Positions 46,062 through 55,007 of a DNA stretch of 64,000 bases are shown one piece after another. The notes under the pieces are model-generated. The model did no database searches, was not told the origin of the DNA, and saw only the letters and a program-made list of their open reading frames with translations. The translations under genes and the position numbers were made by a program. The stretch is taken from positions 31,080 to 95,079 of the forward strand of contig JACWDM010000004.1 in NCBI GenBank assembly GCA_014654065.1. The letters are read 5' to 3'. Each line of letters opens with the position of its first letter. Within the stretch, counting starts at the first letter, position 1. Source of the DNA: Pelagibacterales bacterium SAG-MED15 (GTDB lineage: Bacteria; Pseudomonadota; Alphaproteobacteria; Pelagibacterales; Pelagibacteraceae).

Positions 46062-46924
46062 TAAAAAAAGGTATAATACTTGCTGGTGGAAAAGGCACAA
46101 GAATGAGCCCTTTAACAAAAGCTGTGAACAAGCAATTGTTACCAATTTATGACAAACCACTAATATTTTATCCACTCTCAGTTTTAATGTTAGCAAAAAT
46201 AAGAGATATTCTAATAATAGTAAATAAAGGCCAATTAAATCAATACAAAAAAATTATTCCCAACGGAAATAATCTTGGTATTAAAATAACTTATCTGGAG
46301 CAATCTTACCCGAAAGGCTTACCTGATGCTTTTATTTTGGGAGAAAAATTTATTGGTAAAGAAAATGTATCATTAATTCTCGGTGATAATTTTTTTTATG
46401 GACAAAATTTTACAAAACAACTTGAAAAAAATACAAAATTAAAAAAAGGTGCAAGAATTATTTTACATAAAGTAAATAAACCTGAGCTTTATGGAGTAGC
46501 AAAAATAAATAAAAATAAAGTTTTAAAAATTCAGGAAAAACCAAAAAAATTTTTGTCTGATTTAGCAATAACAGGTTTATATTTTTTTGACAATAAAGTT
46601 GTAAGATATGCAAAAGAGCTTAAACCATCCAAAAGAGGTGAAATCGAAATAGTTGATTTGATAAATAAATATAAAAAAAATAATAATTTATCTGCTGATA
46701 TAATAGGTCGTGGAGGAGCGTGGCTTGATACGGGTTCTATTGAAGACTTTTATAAAACGAGTGCATTTGTCTCCGCAATTGAAAATAGACAAGGTTTTAA
46801 GATAGCTTGCTTAGAGGAAATAGCTCTGAATAATGGATGGATTAAAAAACTCGAAATTCAAAATGCAATAAATTTTTATGGTAATTGTGATTATTCTAAT
46901 TACTTAAAAAGAATATCTCGATGA
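46058..46924 (+). CDS. rfbA: Glucose-1-phosphate thymidylyltransferase
   Basis: KGIILAGGKGTRMSPLT...NKQLLPIYDKPLIFYPLS is the canonical RmlA N-terminus. ATGA-type overlap with rfbB. Confidence 0.9.
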   Translation: MIKKGIILAGGKGTRMSPLTKAVNKQLLPIYDKPLIFYPLSVLMLAKIRDILIIVNKGQLNQYKKIIPNGNNLGIKITYLEQSYPKGLPDAFILGEKFIGKENVSLILGDNFFYGQNFTKQLEKNTKLKKGARIILHKVNKPELYGVAKINKNKVLKIQEKPKKFLSDLAITGLYFFDNKVVRYAKELKPSKRGEIEIVDLINKYKKNNNLSADIIGRGGAWLDTGSIEDFYKTSAFVSAIENRQGFKIACLEEIALNNGWIKKLEIQNAINFYGNCDYSNYLKRISR

Positions 46925-46979
46925 ATCGAAAAAATTATAGAATTAAACAGCTTATCTTTAATTAAATTAAAAAATCTTA

Positions 46980-47681
46980 TTAAAATATCCTTTTATAAAA
47001 CTTAATTAATATTAATTTAATTAAAAAATATATTATTTTATTACTCATTTTACTAAAACCCTCTCCTCTTGAATTAAAATTAATTTGTACGTCGCAGATT
47101 TTTACTTTTTTTGTGGTTGAATAAATTAAATCTAGTAAAATTTTATATCCTTTCTTTGATAATTTTTTTTTATTAAGGATATATATTTTTTTTTTGAAAG
47201 CAAAAAAACCACTCATTGGGTCATTAGTTTTAAAGCCCAAAAAAGTATTTACTATAAAAATTAATATTATTGAGGATAATAACCTATATAATTTTAGTCC
47301 CTTATTTTTTTTTTTTAAAAGAGCCCTGTCTCCTATTACAAAATCATAATTTTTTTTAATTTTATTATAAAGTTTGTTTATTTCCTCTGGTCTATGCTGG
47401 AGATCGCCATCCATAACTAAAATATTTTCAAATTTTGATAAATCAAATCCCATACAACATGATTTAGATAAATCCCTAGGTTTTTTTTTTCTAATAAAAA
47501 ATCTAAGTATTTTAAACTTTGATTTTAATTTCTTAAGAATTTCTATTGATCCATCCTTTGAGTTATCGTCAATTACGATAATCTCAAAATTTTTTTCTTT
47601 AACAGATTTACATATTCGAGTTATTAGGTCTTTAAGATTTTTTTTCTCTTTATAAACCGGTATTACTATTGATAGTCCCAT
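46980..47681 (-). CDS. Glycosyltransferase family 2 (polyprenol-phosphate glycosyltransferase-like)
   Basis: MGLSIVIPVYKEKKNL start, IIVIDDNSKDGS, a VMDGDLQH (DxD) block, and a C-terminal TM region. Confidence 0.8.
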   Translation of the reverse strand: MGLSIVIPVYKEKKNLKDLITRICKSVKEKNFEIIVIDDNSKDGSIEILKKLKSKFKILRFFIRKKKPRDLSKSCCMGFDLSKFENILVMDGDLQHRPEEINKLYNKIKKNYDFVIGDRALLKKKNKGLKLYRLLSSIILIFIVNTFLGFKTNDPMSGFFAFKKKIYILNKKKLSKKGYKILLDLIYSTTKKVKICDVQINFNSRGEGFSKMSNKIIYFLIKLILIKFYKRIF

Positions 47682-47686
47682 AATTT

Positions 47687-47763
47687 TGGTAGCGGGAAGT
47701 GGGATCGAACCACTGACCTCGGGCTTATGAGTCCCGCGCTCTAACCAACTGAGCTACCCCGCC
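47687..47763 (-). tRNA. tRNA with CAT anticodon (elongator Met-like; lysidine-modified Ile2 not excluded)
   Basis: The reverse complement GGCGGGGTAGCTCAGTTGGTTAGAGCGCGGGACTCATAAGCCCGAGGTCAGTGGTTCGATCCCACTTCCCGCTACCA folds as a 77-nt cloverleaf. It has D-arm GCTC/GAGC, anticodon loop CTCATAA, T-arm AGTGG/CCACT with a TTCGATC loop, and an encoded CCA. Confidence 0.88.
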
Positions 47764-47798
47764 ATTAAATTTGTATTGATATATACTACTTTTTATTT

Positions 47799-48596
47799 TT
47801 ACTCAATCCAACTTGAAAAAGTTGAAATATTATTTTTGATATAACTAGGAAATGTATCGTCTATTTCAACCTTTTTTAATTTAATGTCGGGATTAATAAA
47901 AAATTCTTTTAATTTAATACTGTTTTCAATTTTTTTAATATCGGTTTTACCTGATAGTTCGCCATGACCATAAGACTCCATTTTTTTTATTATTTCTTTT
48001 GGTGTCTTTAAAAAGGAAAAATGCCATCCACCATTATCAATTGTTTGAGTTTGAAATAATAATCTTCTTAGAAAGCCTCTTCTCATAAATCGTTTGTTTC
48101 TAAGCCACTGAGGTGATTTTAAATATTTTTTATAGCAGGCGCCAGTGCCTAACCATATATTTTCACTTTGCAAATTAAGCTTATAATAGAAATTTCTTTG
48201 TTTAAGTAATGCATATTTTTTAATTTTATTTTTATTAATTGCATCAAAATTTGGTATCTCATCTACATCAGAAATAAGTATAAGATCATCTGGATCACAC
48301 TTATCTAGAGTTTTGGAAATAGAATCTCTATGGAAGTTTTCTCTATAAAAATTTGGACTCCACCCTTTTTTATAATTTTTAACCTCTTTTGGAATGTCTT
48401 CTACTACATGATAAATTATTTTATCTTTAAATTTTTTAAAGTTATTGATATCAAAATTGAGTTTTTTTTGATTTCCTGAATGATCTCTTGTTGCTTCTAC
48501 TATAACAAACTTGTCAACATGATCATTTAATATATTAAGTCTAATATCTAACATTAAATTCTCATCAAAAAAAATACAACAATCATAAACTTTCAT
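47799..48596 (-). CDS. Glycosyltransferase family 17-like protein, paralog 1
   Basis: N-terminal MKVYDCCIFFDENLMLDIRLNIL and the later blocks ISDVDEIP and GGWHFS resemble GT17 (GnT-III-like) bacterial members. Confidence 0.65.
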   Translation of the reverse strand: MKVYDCCIFFDENLMLDIRLNILNDHVDKFVIVEATRDHSGNQKKLNFDINNFKKFKDKIIYHVVEDIPKEVKNYKKGWSPNFYRENFHRDSISKTLDKCDPDDLILISDVDEIPNFDAINKNKIKKYALLKQRNFYYKLNLQSENIWLGTGACYKKYLKSPQWLRNKRFMRRGFLRRLLFQTQTIDNGGWHFSFLKTPKEIIKKMESYGHGELSGKTDIKKIENSIKLKEFFINPDIKLKKVEIDDTFPSYIKNNISTFSSWIE

Positions 48597-48598
48597 AT

Positions 48599-49474
48599 TT
48601 ATCTAAACCAATTCTTAAATTTATCTTTATTTCTAATTAAATATTCTGGCAGAAAATCGTCATTAATTTTTTTTAATTTGTAATTAAAATTCCATTTATT
48701 AAGATCTTTCTGATCGGCAAAATGATTATAGAAAACGATACCTTCATCTATATAACTTTTTAATTTTTCAATGGTGATCTTGCTTTCCTTAAACTCATCG
48801 TGGTGTCCAAAATTTTCAAATTTTTCTAGTAGCTCTTTAGGGCTTTTAAGATTCGTGAAATGCCATCCACCATCTTTAATTATTTCAATATCTATCATTT
48901 TATTCTTTGAAAAATAGGTGTCTATTCTCCAGAACGGATATTTTTTTGTTTTAAGATTATTTAACCACGAAAAGGATTTTAAAGACTTTTTTTTACAAGC
49001 TTTCGATCCATACCATGGTAAGAGATCATAAAACAAATTGAATTTATAATAAAAAAATAATTGCCTAAATAAAATAACCTTTTTTTTGCTTTTTAAAAAA
49101 GATTTTGAATCTAAATTTGGTATCTCATCATTATCACTGAGAATTATTAAATCATCCTCCGCCACATCTTTTACAGCTTGTTTCATATAATTATAAGATA
49201 ATTCAATTCTTTTAATGCTATTTAATCTCTTGCTTATATTGTCATTTTCAGTTTCTATTAAATCATTTGGTTCCTTATCTATTACGAGGTAAATTATTTT
49301 ATTTTTATATTTTGGATAGTTTTTTATATCAAAATTTAGTTTTTTCTTTTTTCCACTATGTGAATATATAGACTCGGTTACTATAAATTTTTCGACATAT
49401 TTATCTAGAATGCTAAATCTAACATCCATCATCATATGTTCAGAGTAAAATGTTGTACAATCGTAAATTTTCAT
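48599..49474 (-). CDS. Glycosyltransferase family 17-like protein, paralog 2
   Basis: MKIYDCTTFYSEHMMMDVRFSIL, SDNDEIP and GGWHFT are colinear with the adjacent paralog. The two genes are 2 nt apart. Confidence 0.65.
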   Translation of the reverse strand: MKIYDCTTFYSEHMMMDVRFSILDKYVEKFIVTESIYSHSGKKKKLNFDIKNYPKYKNKIIYLVIDKEPNDLIETENDNISKRLNSIKRIELSYNYMKQAVKDVAEDDLIILSDNDEIPNLDSKSFLKSKKKVILFRQLFFYYKFNLFYDLLPWYGSKACKKKSLKSFSWLNNLKTKKYPFWRIDTYFSKNKMIDIEIIKDGGWHFTNLKSPKELLEKFENFGHHDEFKESKITIEKLKSYIDEGIVFYNHFADQKDLNKWNFNYKLKKINDDFLPEYLIRNKDKFKNWFR

Positions 49475-49530
49475 TTAGTTTTTAAAATAATGAATTAATA
49501 TCAATTTTAGTTTAACAAATATATTAATAA

Positions 49531-50322
49531 ATGACTGAACTCAAAATTTATTGCATTACCAATATACAATCTGAAAAGTTAGAGAAATTAGGTGTCAATT
49601 TAGTGGGTGTAGGAGAAAATAGTTTTAATTCCAAATATATGAAGTGTGAAGGTGGTGATAATATTAATTCAAAAGAAAAAAATTATTCTGAACTTACATT
49701 TCATTATTGGTTTTGGAAAAATAAAATAAAAGAGTTTTCTGATGATGATTGGATTGGATTTTGCCAAAAAAGAAGATTTTGGCTTAACTCTAGAAATGAG
49801 AATTTAAATAATGAACTAGAAAATATAATCCTTAAAGATTTCCCGAGTGAGTGGAAAAACTATAATGCAGTAATTTGTGAGCCTATTAAACTTGGAACAA
49901 AATTAATGAAGCTATTCAAAAGAGGCTGGAGAAACTTATTAAGTAATCCTAAAATTTTGTTAAACTTAAAAAATTCAAGTATCAAACTTCATTTTGACAT
50001 GCATCACGGATATGGTGTTCTAGATAAAGCAATTAATGTTTTAAGAGAAGAAGATAGAGAGGAATTTAGAAATTATGTCAGTAATAGATCTATTTATAAT
50101 CCTCATATTATGTTCGTCTCAAAAAAAAAAATTATGGAAAAATATTTTAATGATGTTTTTCCATGGTTATTGGAATGTGAAAAGATTTTTGGTTTTGATG
50201 ATCTCAAAGGATACGACCAAACAAGACTTTATGCTTATCTATCTGAAAGATATTTGTCATTTTGGTTTAAAAAATATTCTAAATACATTGAGTGGCCTTG
50301 GGTTTTTAAAGATATAAATTAA
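49531..50322 (+). CDS. DUF4422-like putative glycosyltransferase
   Basis: SELTFHYWFWKN...WIGFCQKRRFW resembles the DUF4422 signature (E.t..YW.WKN...G..HYRR). This is from recall only. Confidence 0.5.
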   Translation: MTELKIYCITNIQSEKLEKLGVNLVGVGENSFNSKYMKCEGGDNINSKEKNYSELTFHYWFWKNKIKEFSDDDWIGFCQKRRFWLNSRNENLNNELENIILKDFPSEWKNYNAVICEPIKLGTKLMKLFKRGWRNLLSNPKILLNLKNSSIKLHFDMHHGYGVLDKAINVLREEDREEFRNYVSNRSIYNPHIMFVSKKKIMEKYFNDVFPWLLECEKIFGFDDLKGYDQTRLYAYLSERYLSFWFKKYSKYIEWPWVFKDIN

Positions 50323-51161
50323 TTTTTAATTTTAATATTACCTATGTAAAACATTAGTGCACAATATTGTAATAATGAATAAATTGCTATTGGTATCAAA
50401 TATACCACCTCGCTATAAATTAAAGATCCAACAACAAAACCCATTGCACCATTTTGGAGAAGTCCTTCAATTAAAATTGCTCTTCTTGAACCTAAATCAT
50501 TTATAAAAATTTTTGTTATAATGAAGACTATTATAAATATCGAACTGATAAGTATAATAACAACTACACCTATATCATCAAAGTAGTTAAGTAAATTGTT
50601 CCTCTCTATTAAAATTGCAATAAAGACAATCAATAAAAATATACCAAAAGCAAATTTATCTAAAATAAATATACGTTTTTCAAAAAATTTTGGAAATTTT
50701 TGTCTAAAAAAAATTCCTAAAAAAACAGGTATGGTTATAAATAAAAAGGTTTTTATAGAAAAAATAAATAGATTTAATTCAAATATATTTGTGTAAACAA
50801 ACTTGCTAAATAAATTTAAATAAAGTGGTACTGTTATAAAAGATAAAAGTGCACAAGTTGATGTTAAAGTAATTGATAATGTAACATTAGCATCAACTAA
50901 TTTAGTTGCATAATTTGACATTGCAGCAGATGGCATTATCACAAGCAGGAATATTCCAAATTGAAACTCGGGTGTTAATTCAATTAAACTAATTACTATT
51001 AAACCTACAATTGGTAGAATTATTATCTGGCAAATAAGACCTGTTAATAGGGTTTTATAATTTTTTAATACTTTAAGAAATTTTTTGATACTTAAGTTTA
51101 AACCTAAGGCAAACATTATAAAAAAAACACCAGCAGGACCAACAAGTTTAACAAATTCCAT
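50319..51161 (-). CDS. Bile acid:sodium symporter (BASS) family transporter
   Basis: 280 aa polytopic protein with an N-terminal FIMFALGLNLSIKKFLKVLKNYK block typical of BASS proteins. Confidence 0.65.
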   Translation of the reverse strand: MEFVKLVGPAGVFFIMFALGLNLSIKKFLKVLKNYKTLLTGLICQIIILPIVGLIVISLIELTPEFQFGIFLLVIMPSAAMSNYATKLVDANVTLSITLTSTCALLSFITVPLYLNLFSKFVYTNIFELNLFIFSIKTFLFITIPVFLGIFFRQKFPKFFEKRIFILDKFAFGIFLLIVFIAILIERNNLLNYFDDIGVVVIILISSIFIIVFIITKIFINDLGSRRAILIEGLLQNGAMGFVVGSLIYSEVVYLIPIAIYSLLQYCALMFYIGNIKIKN

Positions 51162-51255
51162 ATAATCTCAATAAACACCCTTTTTATATAAAATATTTTC
51201 TTGATGAATTAGCAAATTTATTATTACTTCACAATTGAAATTTTATTAAATATTT

Positions 51256-52269
51256 ATGGATGAAACACTAAGGATATTTTCAACAGAGATTAAAGAAAAT
51301 CATGTGTCAGCAATTTATTCTAAAAATTATCATTCTTTACATACTGAATATCTAGAAATGCAAAGAGAATGGCTTTTTAGAGCTTATAGCCAATTTAAAG
51401 ATCTTGATAAATATTTTATTCTTATAAGTTTAATTAAAAAAACTATGGCAGCTTATAATGATTATCTTCTTAAATATTCTTGGGATGATTTTTTTTCTGC
51501 AAAAGAAGTGGAATTACAAAAATTTAGTATCGTGGATATTTCAAAAGAACTTTGTATGTCAAAGGAAACAGCTAGAAGAAAAATTTTAGAATTAGAAAAA
51601 GAAGGTGTTCTAGCAAAAGATAAAAAGAGCGTAAGAATTAAACGTGATGGATATGAATTTCAAAAGCCGATTAATACAGTCAAAACTATGGGCAAATTAT
51701 TGTCACAATTTTCAAAAAAACTATATGAAAATAAAATAATTAACCAACACATAACATCAAATGAATTTTCTGATTTGATTAAAAAAAATTATACACAGTG
51801 TTGGACGTATTTTCTTGATTTTCAAATTGAGTTTATGACAGAATTTAAAAGATATTTTTTCACAGATTATGAAACTTTTTCTATATGGACTGTAATTGTT
51901 TATAATCAAAATTTACATTTTAATAATAAAATCAAAGGAGACAAAAATTATATAAAATTTTTAGACAGCATGAGTGATGAAAGTCAAAGATTTTCAAAAG
52001 AACTTCTTGGTCTCACTGGAAGTTTTGGTTTAAATGCGATGACCATATCTGATCTAACTGGTATACCAAGGCCAACTGTTATAAGAAAATTAAGAAGCCT
52101 TGTTAAAGATAAGTTTATCACCAAAAACGAATCGAACCTTTATAGTATAATGGTTAATACCAAAACTACTGTTGATGTTGAAAAGTTAAGAATTAAAAAT
52201 ATGTATCGTATTAGTTCTATGCTTTGTAAATTATTAAATACCGTTAGACTAAATTTAAAAAAAAATTAA
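51256..52269 (+). CDS. Hypothetical protein with two winged-helix-like DNA-binding segments
   Basis: Two HTH-like stretches are present: ISKELCMSKETARRKILELEKEGVLAKD, and ISDLTGIPRPTVIRKLRSLVKDKFITKNE. Confidence 0.45.
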   Translation: MDETLRIFSTEIKENHVSAIYSKNYHSLHTEYLEMQREWLFRAYSQFKDLDKYFILISLIKKTMAAYNDYLLKYSWDDFFSAKEVELQKFSIVDISKELCMSKETARRKILELEKEGVLAKDKKSVRIKRDGYEFQKPINTVKTMGKLLSQFSKKLYENKIINQHITSNEFSDLIKKNYTQCWTYFLDFQIEFMTEFKRYFFTDYETFSIWTVIVYNQNLHFNNKIKGDKNYIKFLDSMSDESQRFSKELLGLTGSFGLNAMTISDLTGIPRPTVIRKLRSLVKDKFITKNESNLYSIMVNTKTTVDVEKLRIKNMYRISSMLCKLLNTVRLNLKKN

Positions 52270-52547
52270 AAAGAAGCAATAAATATTGTTATTAAAATAA
52301 CAGAAGAAATAAAACTAAAGAAAATTAAATTTTCTTTCTTTTCCTTTTTTTTTTCAGTCCTTACTTTTTCCATTAAGATATTGATATCTACTTTATTTGG
52401 TGCAACATGCGTTTGGGTTTCTTCATTTTCATGTGCTGGTTCTCTTAGAATTTGTTCTGTAGACATGACATAGTTAATCACGAGAAACGAATCAACACAA
52501 CTCAGAGGTTGTTCAATTTGGGTTATAAGATAATTCCGATTGTCCAA
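52266..52547 (-). CDS. Small C-terminally anchored membrane protein
   Basis: Charged N-terminal part, a KKKEKKE stretch, then the TM helix LIFFSFISSVILITIFIASF at the extreme C-terminus. The track start is TTG. An internal ATG (MSTEQILREP...) is an alternative start. It lies 15 nt downstream of the dehydrogenase stop. Confidence 0.4.
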   Translation of the reverse strand: MDNRNYLITQIEQPLSCVDSFLVINYVMSTEQILREPAHENEETQTHVAPNKVDINILMEKVRTEKKKEKKENLIFFSFISSVILITIFIASF

Positions 52548-52562
52548 GATGAGTATTCATCT

Positions 52563-55007
52563 TCAGATTGTTTTATAGTTATTCTGATTTAAAGCTTTTA
52601 GCAAATACTCCGCTTCATACTTAACCTTTCCAACCTCAACATAAATCTTATGTTTGCCTTTATCTAGATTGTTTAAATCTCTATCTACATACCCAAATGT
52701 TAAATTTTTATTAAAATTGAACGAATAGTTTCCAGAGGTAGTTCTTCCTATAATTCTATCGTCTAAATATATTGGCTCATCATGTAATAATAAAGGCTCT
52801 CCGGGTTTATTATCCTTTAATGTTAACATAATCATTTTTTTTTGTATTTTCTTATCTTTAATTTTTAACAAAGCTTCTTTGCCTAAAAAATCCACATTTT
52901 TTTTGTAACTGATGGCAAAATCTAATCCTGCCTGATATTGGTTTTCTTCAGGCGATATATCATGACCCCAATGTAAAAATCCGTTCTCCATACGCATTGT
53001 ATCCATTGCATGCATGCCACAGTGCGTAAGATTATAATTATTACCCTCTTTAACTATAGCTTTATAAAGCTGTTTAGCATGCGTAGTTTTTATATATAGT
53101 TCAAAACCTACTTCCCCTACATAGGATAATCTTTGAGCCCATAAATTCATGTCATTAATTTTTACAAATTTTCCTGTCCCAAATTTAAAATTTTCGTTTG
53201 AAAAATTATCTTGGCTTATTTTAGATAATAAATCACGAGATTTCGGTCCAAATACTCCTAAACAACAATATTTATCAGTAACATCCTCAAAAATAATATC
53301 CTTTGATATATTGTTTAAAATAAAAAACTTATCTCTTTCTCTTGTTGCTGCAGAGCTTATTAATCTAAAATAATTTTTTTCTAAACAAACTACAGTACAA
53401 TCAATTTCTATTCCCCCATCTTTATTGAGTATTTGAGTATAAGTAGTTCTTCCATTTATAGATTTTATATTAGCTGTACATATTCTTTGTAATTCATCAA
53501 AACTTCCTTCTCCTTTCAAATCAAATTTTGAAAATGGTGTTAAATCAAATAAACCTACATTTTTTTTTGTATTTTTTGTTTCTTTCTCTACTGATGGATA
53601 CCAATTTTGATATCCGTAGCTATATTTATATTCTGGGGGAGAACTATTTAAATTAAACCACATTGGTCTTTCGAAACCACCTGAGACACCAAAGCAAGCG
53701 CCTGCTGCTTTCAACTCTTCATGATATGGAGTTATTTTTTGGTTTCTAGATGTTTTATGTTGTTTGTAAGGCCAATGCATTCCATAAAGATCACCTAGCG
53801 TTTCTGTAATACGCTCTTTAATAAAATTTATATTTGAATGGAAATTTTGAAATCTTTTAATATCATATATAAATAAATCTTCGTTTGTATGACCATTCAT
53901 CATCCATTCAGCGGTAACCTTTCCAACACCACCACCACTTCCAATTCCAATACTGTTTAGACCACAACATGCAAAAAGGTTTTTAAAACCAGGCACCTCT
54001 CCTAATAAACTGTTTGTATCTGGCGTAAACGACTCTGGTCCTGAAAAAAATTTTCTTATTCCAGCAGTTTCTAGAATAGGAAATCTTTTTATTGCAGTTT
54101 TTAAATATGGTTCGAAATGATCAAAATTTTCAGGTAACTCACCAAAAGAAAAATCTTCAGGAACTAAGTTAGTTTTTTCAAATGCAGGTATTGATTTTCC
54201 CTCAAAAATACCAACCAATATTTTTCCTGCATCTTCCTTTATATATGTACGATTATCAAAATCTCTTATTACTGGTAAAGTTTTTGAAAGATTTTCTATC
54301 GCCTCTGTAATTATATAAAAATGTTCAGCTGGATATAAAGGGATGCTCGCTCCTATTTTTTTCCCTATTTGTCTTGACCACATTCCAGATGCTAATACAA
54401 CATATTCACAATCTATATCTGTTCCATTAACTCTTACTCCTGCAATTCTTTTATTTTTAATTAAAATCTTTTCAACAGGTGATTTTTCAAATATTTTGGC
54501 ACCTTCCAACTTAGCAGCTTTAGCTAACATATGTGTAACACCCGAAGGGTCTGCTGCACCATCTCCTGGCATAAGAATTCCACCAATAACATTCTCTGTA
54601 TTTACAATTGGAAAATTTTTTTTAACGTTTTCTTTATCCAAAATTTTTACATCAACATCATAAAGCTGTGCCGTAGTTGCTTGTCTTTTCAGCTCTTCCC
54701 ATCGACCTTGATTTTCAGCTATCGAAAGTGCACCATTCAATCTAAGCCCTGCAGAATGATCAACTTTTTTTTCTAATTCTTTATACAAATCTAAGGTATA
54801 TTTTCTTATTTTTGTTATTCCTGCAGATGGACCTAGCTGACTTACAAGACCTGCTGCGTGCCAAGTTGTGCCTGATGTGAGCTGATCTCTCTCAAGTAAA
54901 ATAGTATCTTTCCAGCCAAATTTTGCTAAATGATAAGCAACAGAACAACCTATTACCCCTCCTCCAATTACAACTACCTTGCAACTTTTGGGTAATTTCT
55001 TGTTCAT
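52563..55007 (-). CDS. Dimethylglycine/sarcosine dehydrogenase family protein (FAD oxidoreductase fused to a GcvT-like folate-binding domain)
   Basis: 814 aa with the N-terminal VVVIGGGVIGCSVAYHLAK FAD motif, a DAO domain, and a C-terminal aminomethyltransferase-type domain (LFDLTPFSKFDLKG, RLSYVGEVGFELY). Confidence 0.9.
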   Translation of the reverse strand: MNKKLPKSCKVVVIGGGVIGCSVAYHLAKFGWKDTILLERDQLTSGTTWHAAGLVSQLGPSAGITKIRKYTLDLYKELEKKVDHSAGLRLNGALSIAENQGRWEELKRQATTAQLYDVDVKILDKENVKKNFPIVNTENVIGGILMPGDGAADPSGVTHMLAKAAKLEGAKIFEKSPVEKILIKNKRIAGVRVNGTDIDCEYVVLASGMWSRQIGKKIGASIPLYPAEHFYIITEAIENLSKTLPVIRDFDNRTYIKEDAGKILVGIFEGKSIPAFEKTNLVPEDFSFGELPENFDHFEPYLKTAIKRFPILETAGIRKFFSGPESFTPDTNSLLGEVPGFKNLFACCGLNSIGIGSGGGVGKVTAEWMMNGHTNEDLFIYDIKRFQNFHSNINFIKERITETLGDLYGMHWPYKQHKTSRNQKITPYHEELKAAGACFGVSGGFERPMWFNLNSSPPEYKYSYGYQNWYPSVEKETKNTKKNVGLFDLTPFSKFDLKGEGSFDELQRICTANIKSINGRTTYTQILNKDGGIEIDCTVVCLEKNYFRLISSAATRERDKFFILNNISKDIIFEDVTDKYCCLGVFGPKSRDLLSKISQDNFSNENFKFGTGKFVKINDMNLWAQRLSYVGEVGFELYIKTTHAKQLYKAIVKEGNNYNLTHCGMHAMDTMRMENGFLHWGHDISPEENQYQAGLDFAISYKKNVDFLGKEALLKIKDKKIQKKMIMLTLKDNKPGEPLLLHDEPIYLDDRIIGRTTSGNYSFNFNKNLTFGYVDRDLNNLDKGKHKIYVEVGKVKYEAEYLLKALNQNNYKTI

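Noticed and set aside
47305-47316. A 12-nt homopolymer (T12 on the plus strand, A12 in the coding sense) inside the GT2 gene as a possible phase-variation switch. Similar tracts lie at 47481-47490 (T10) and at 42838-42849 (T12) in island genes.
   Set aside because: An identical-length tract (38820-38831) sits in the housekeeping mtnA gene. The runs simply encode Lys-rich stretches (KKKK) in a very AT-rich genome. Without population data showing length variation, this is not evidence for phase variation.
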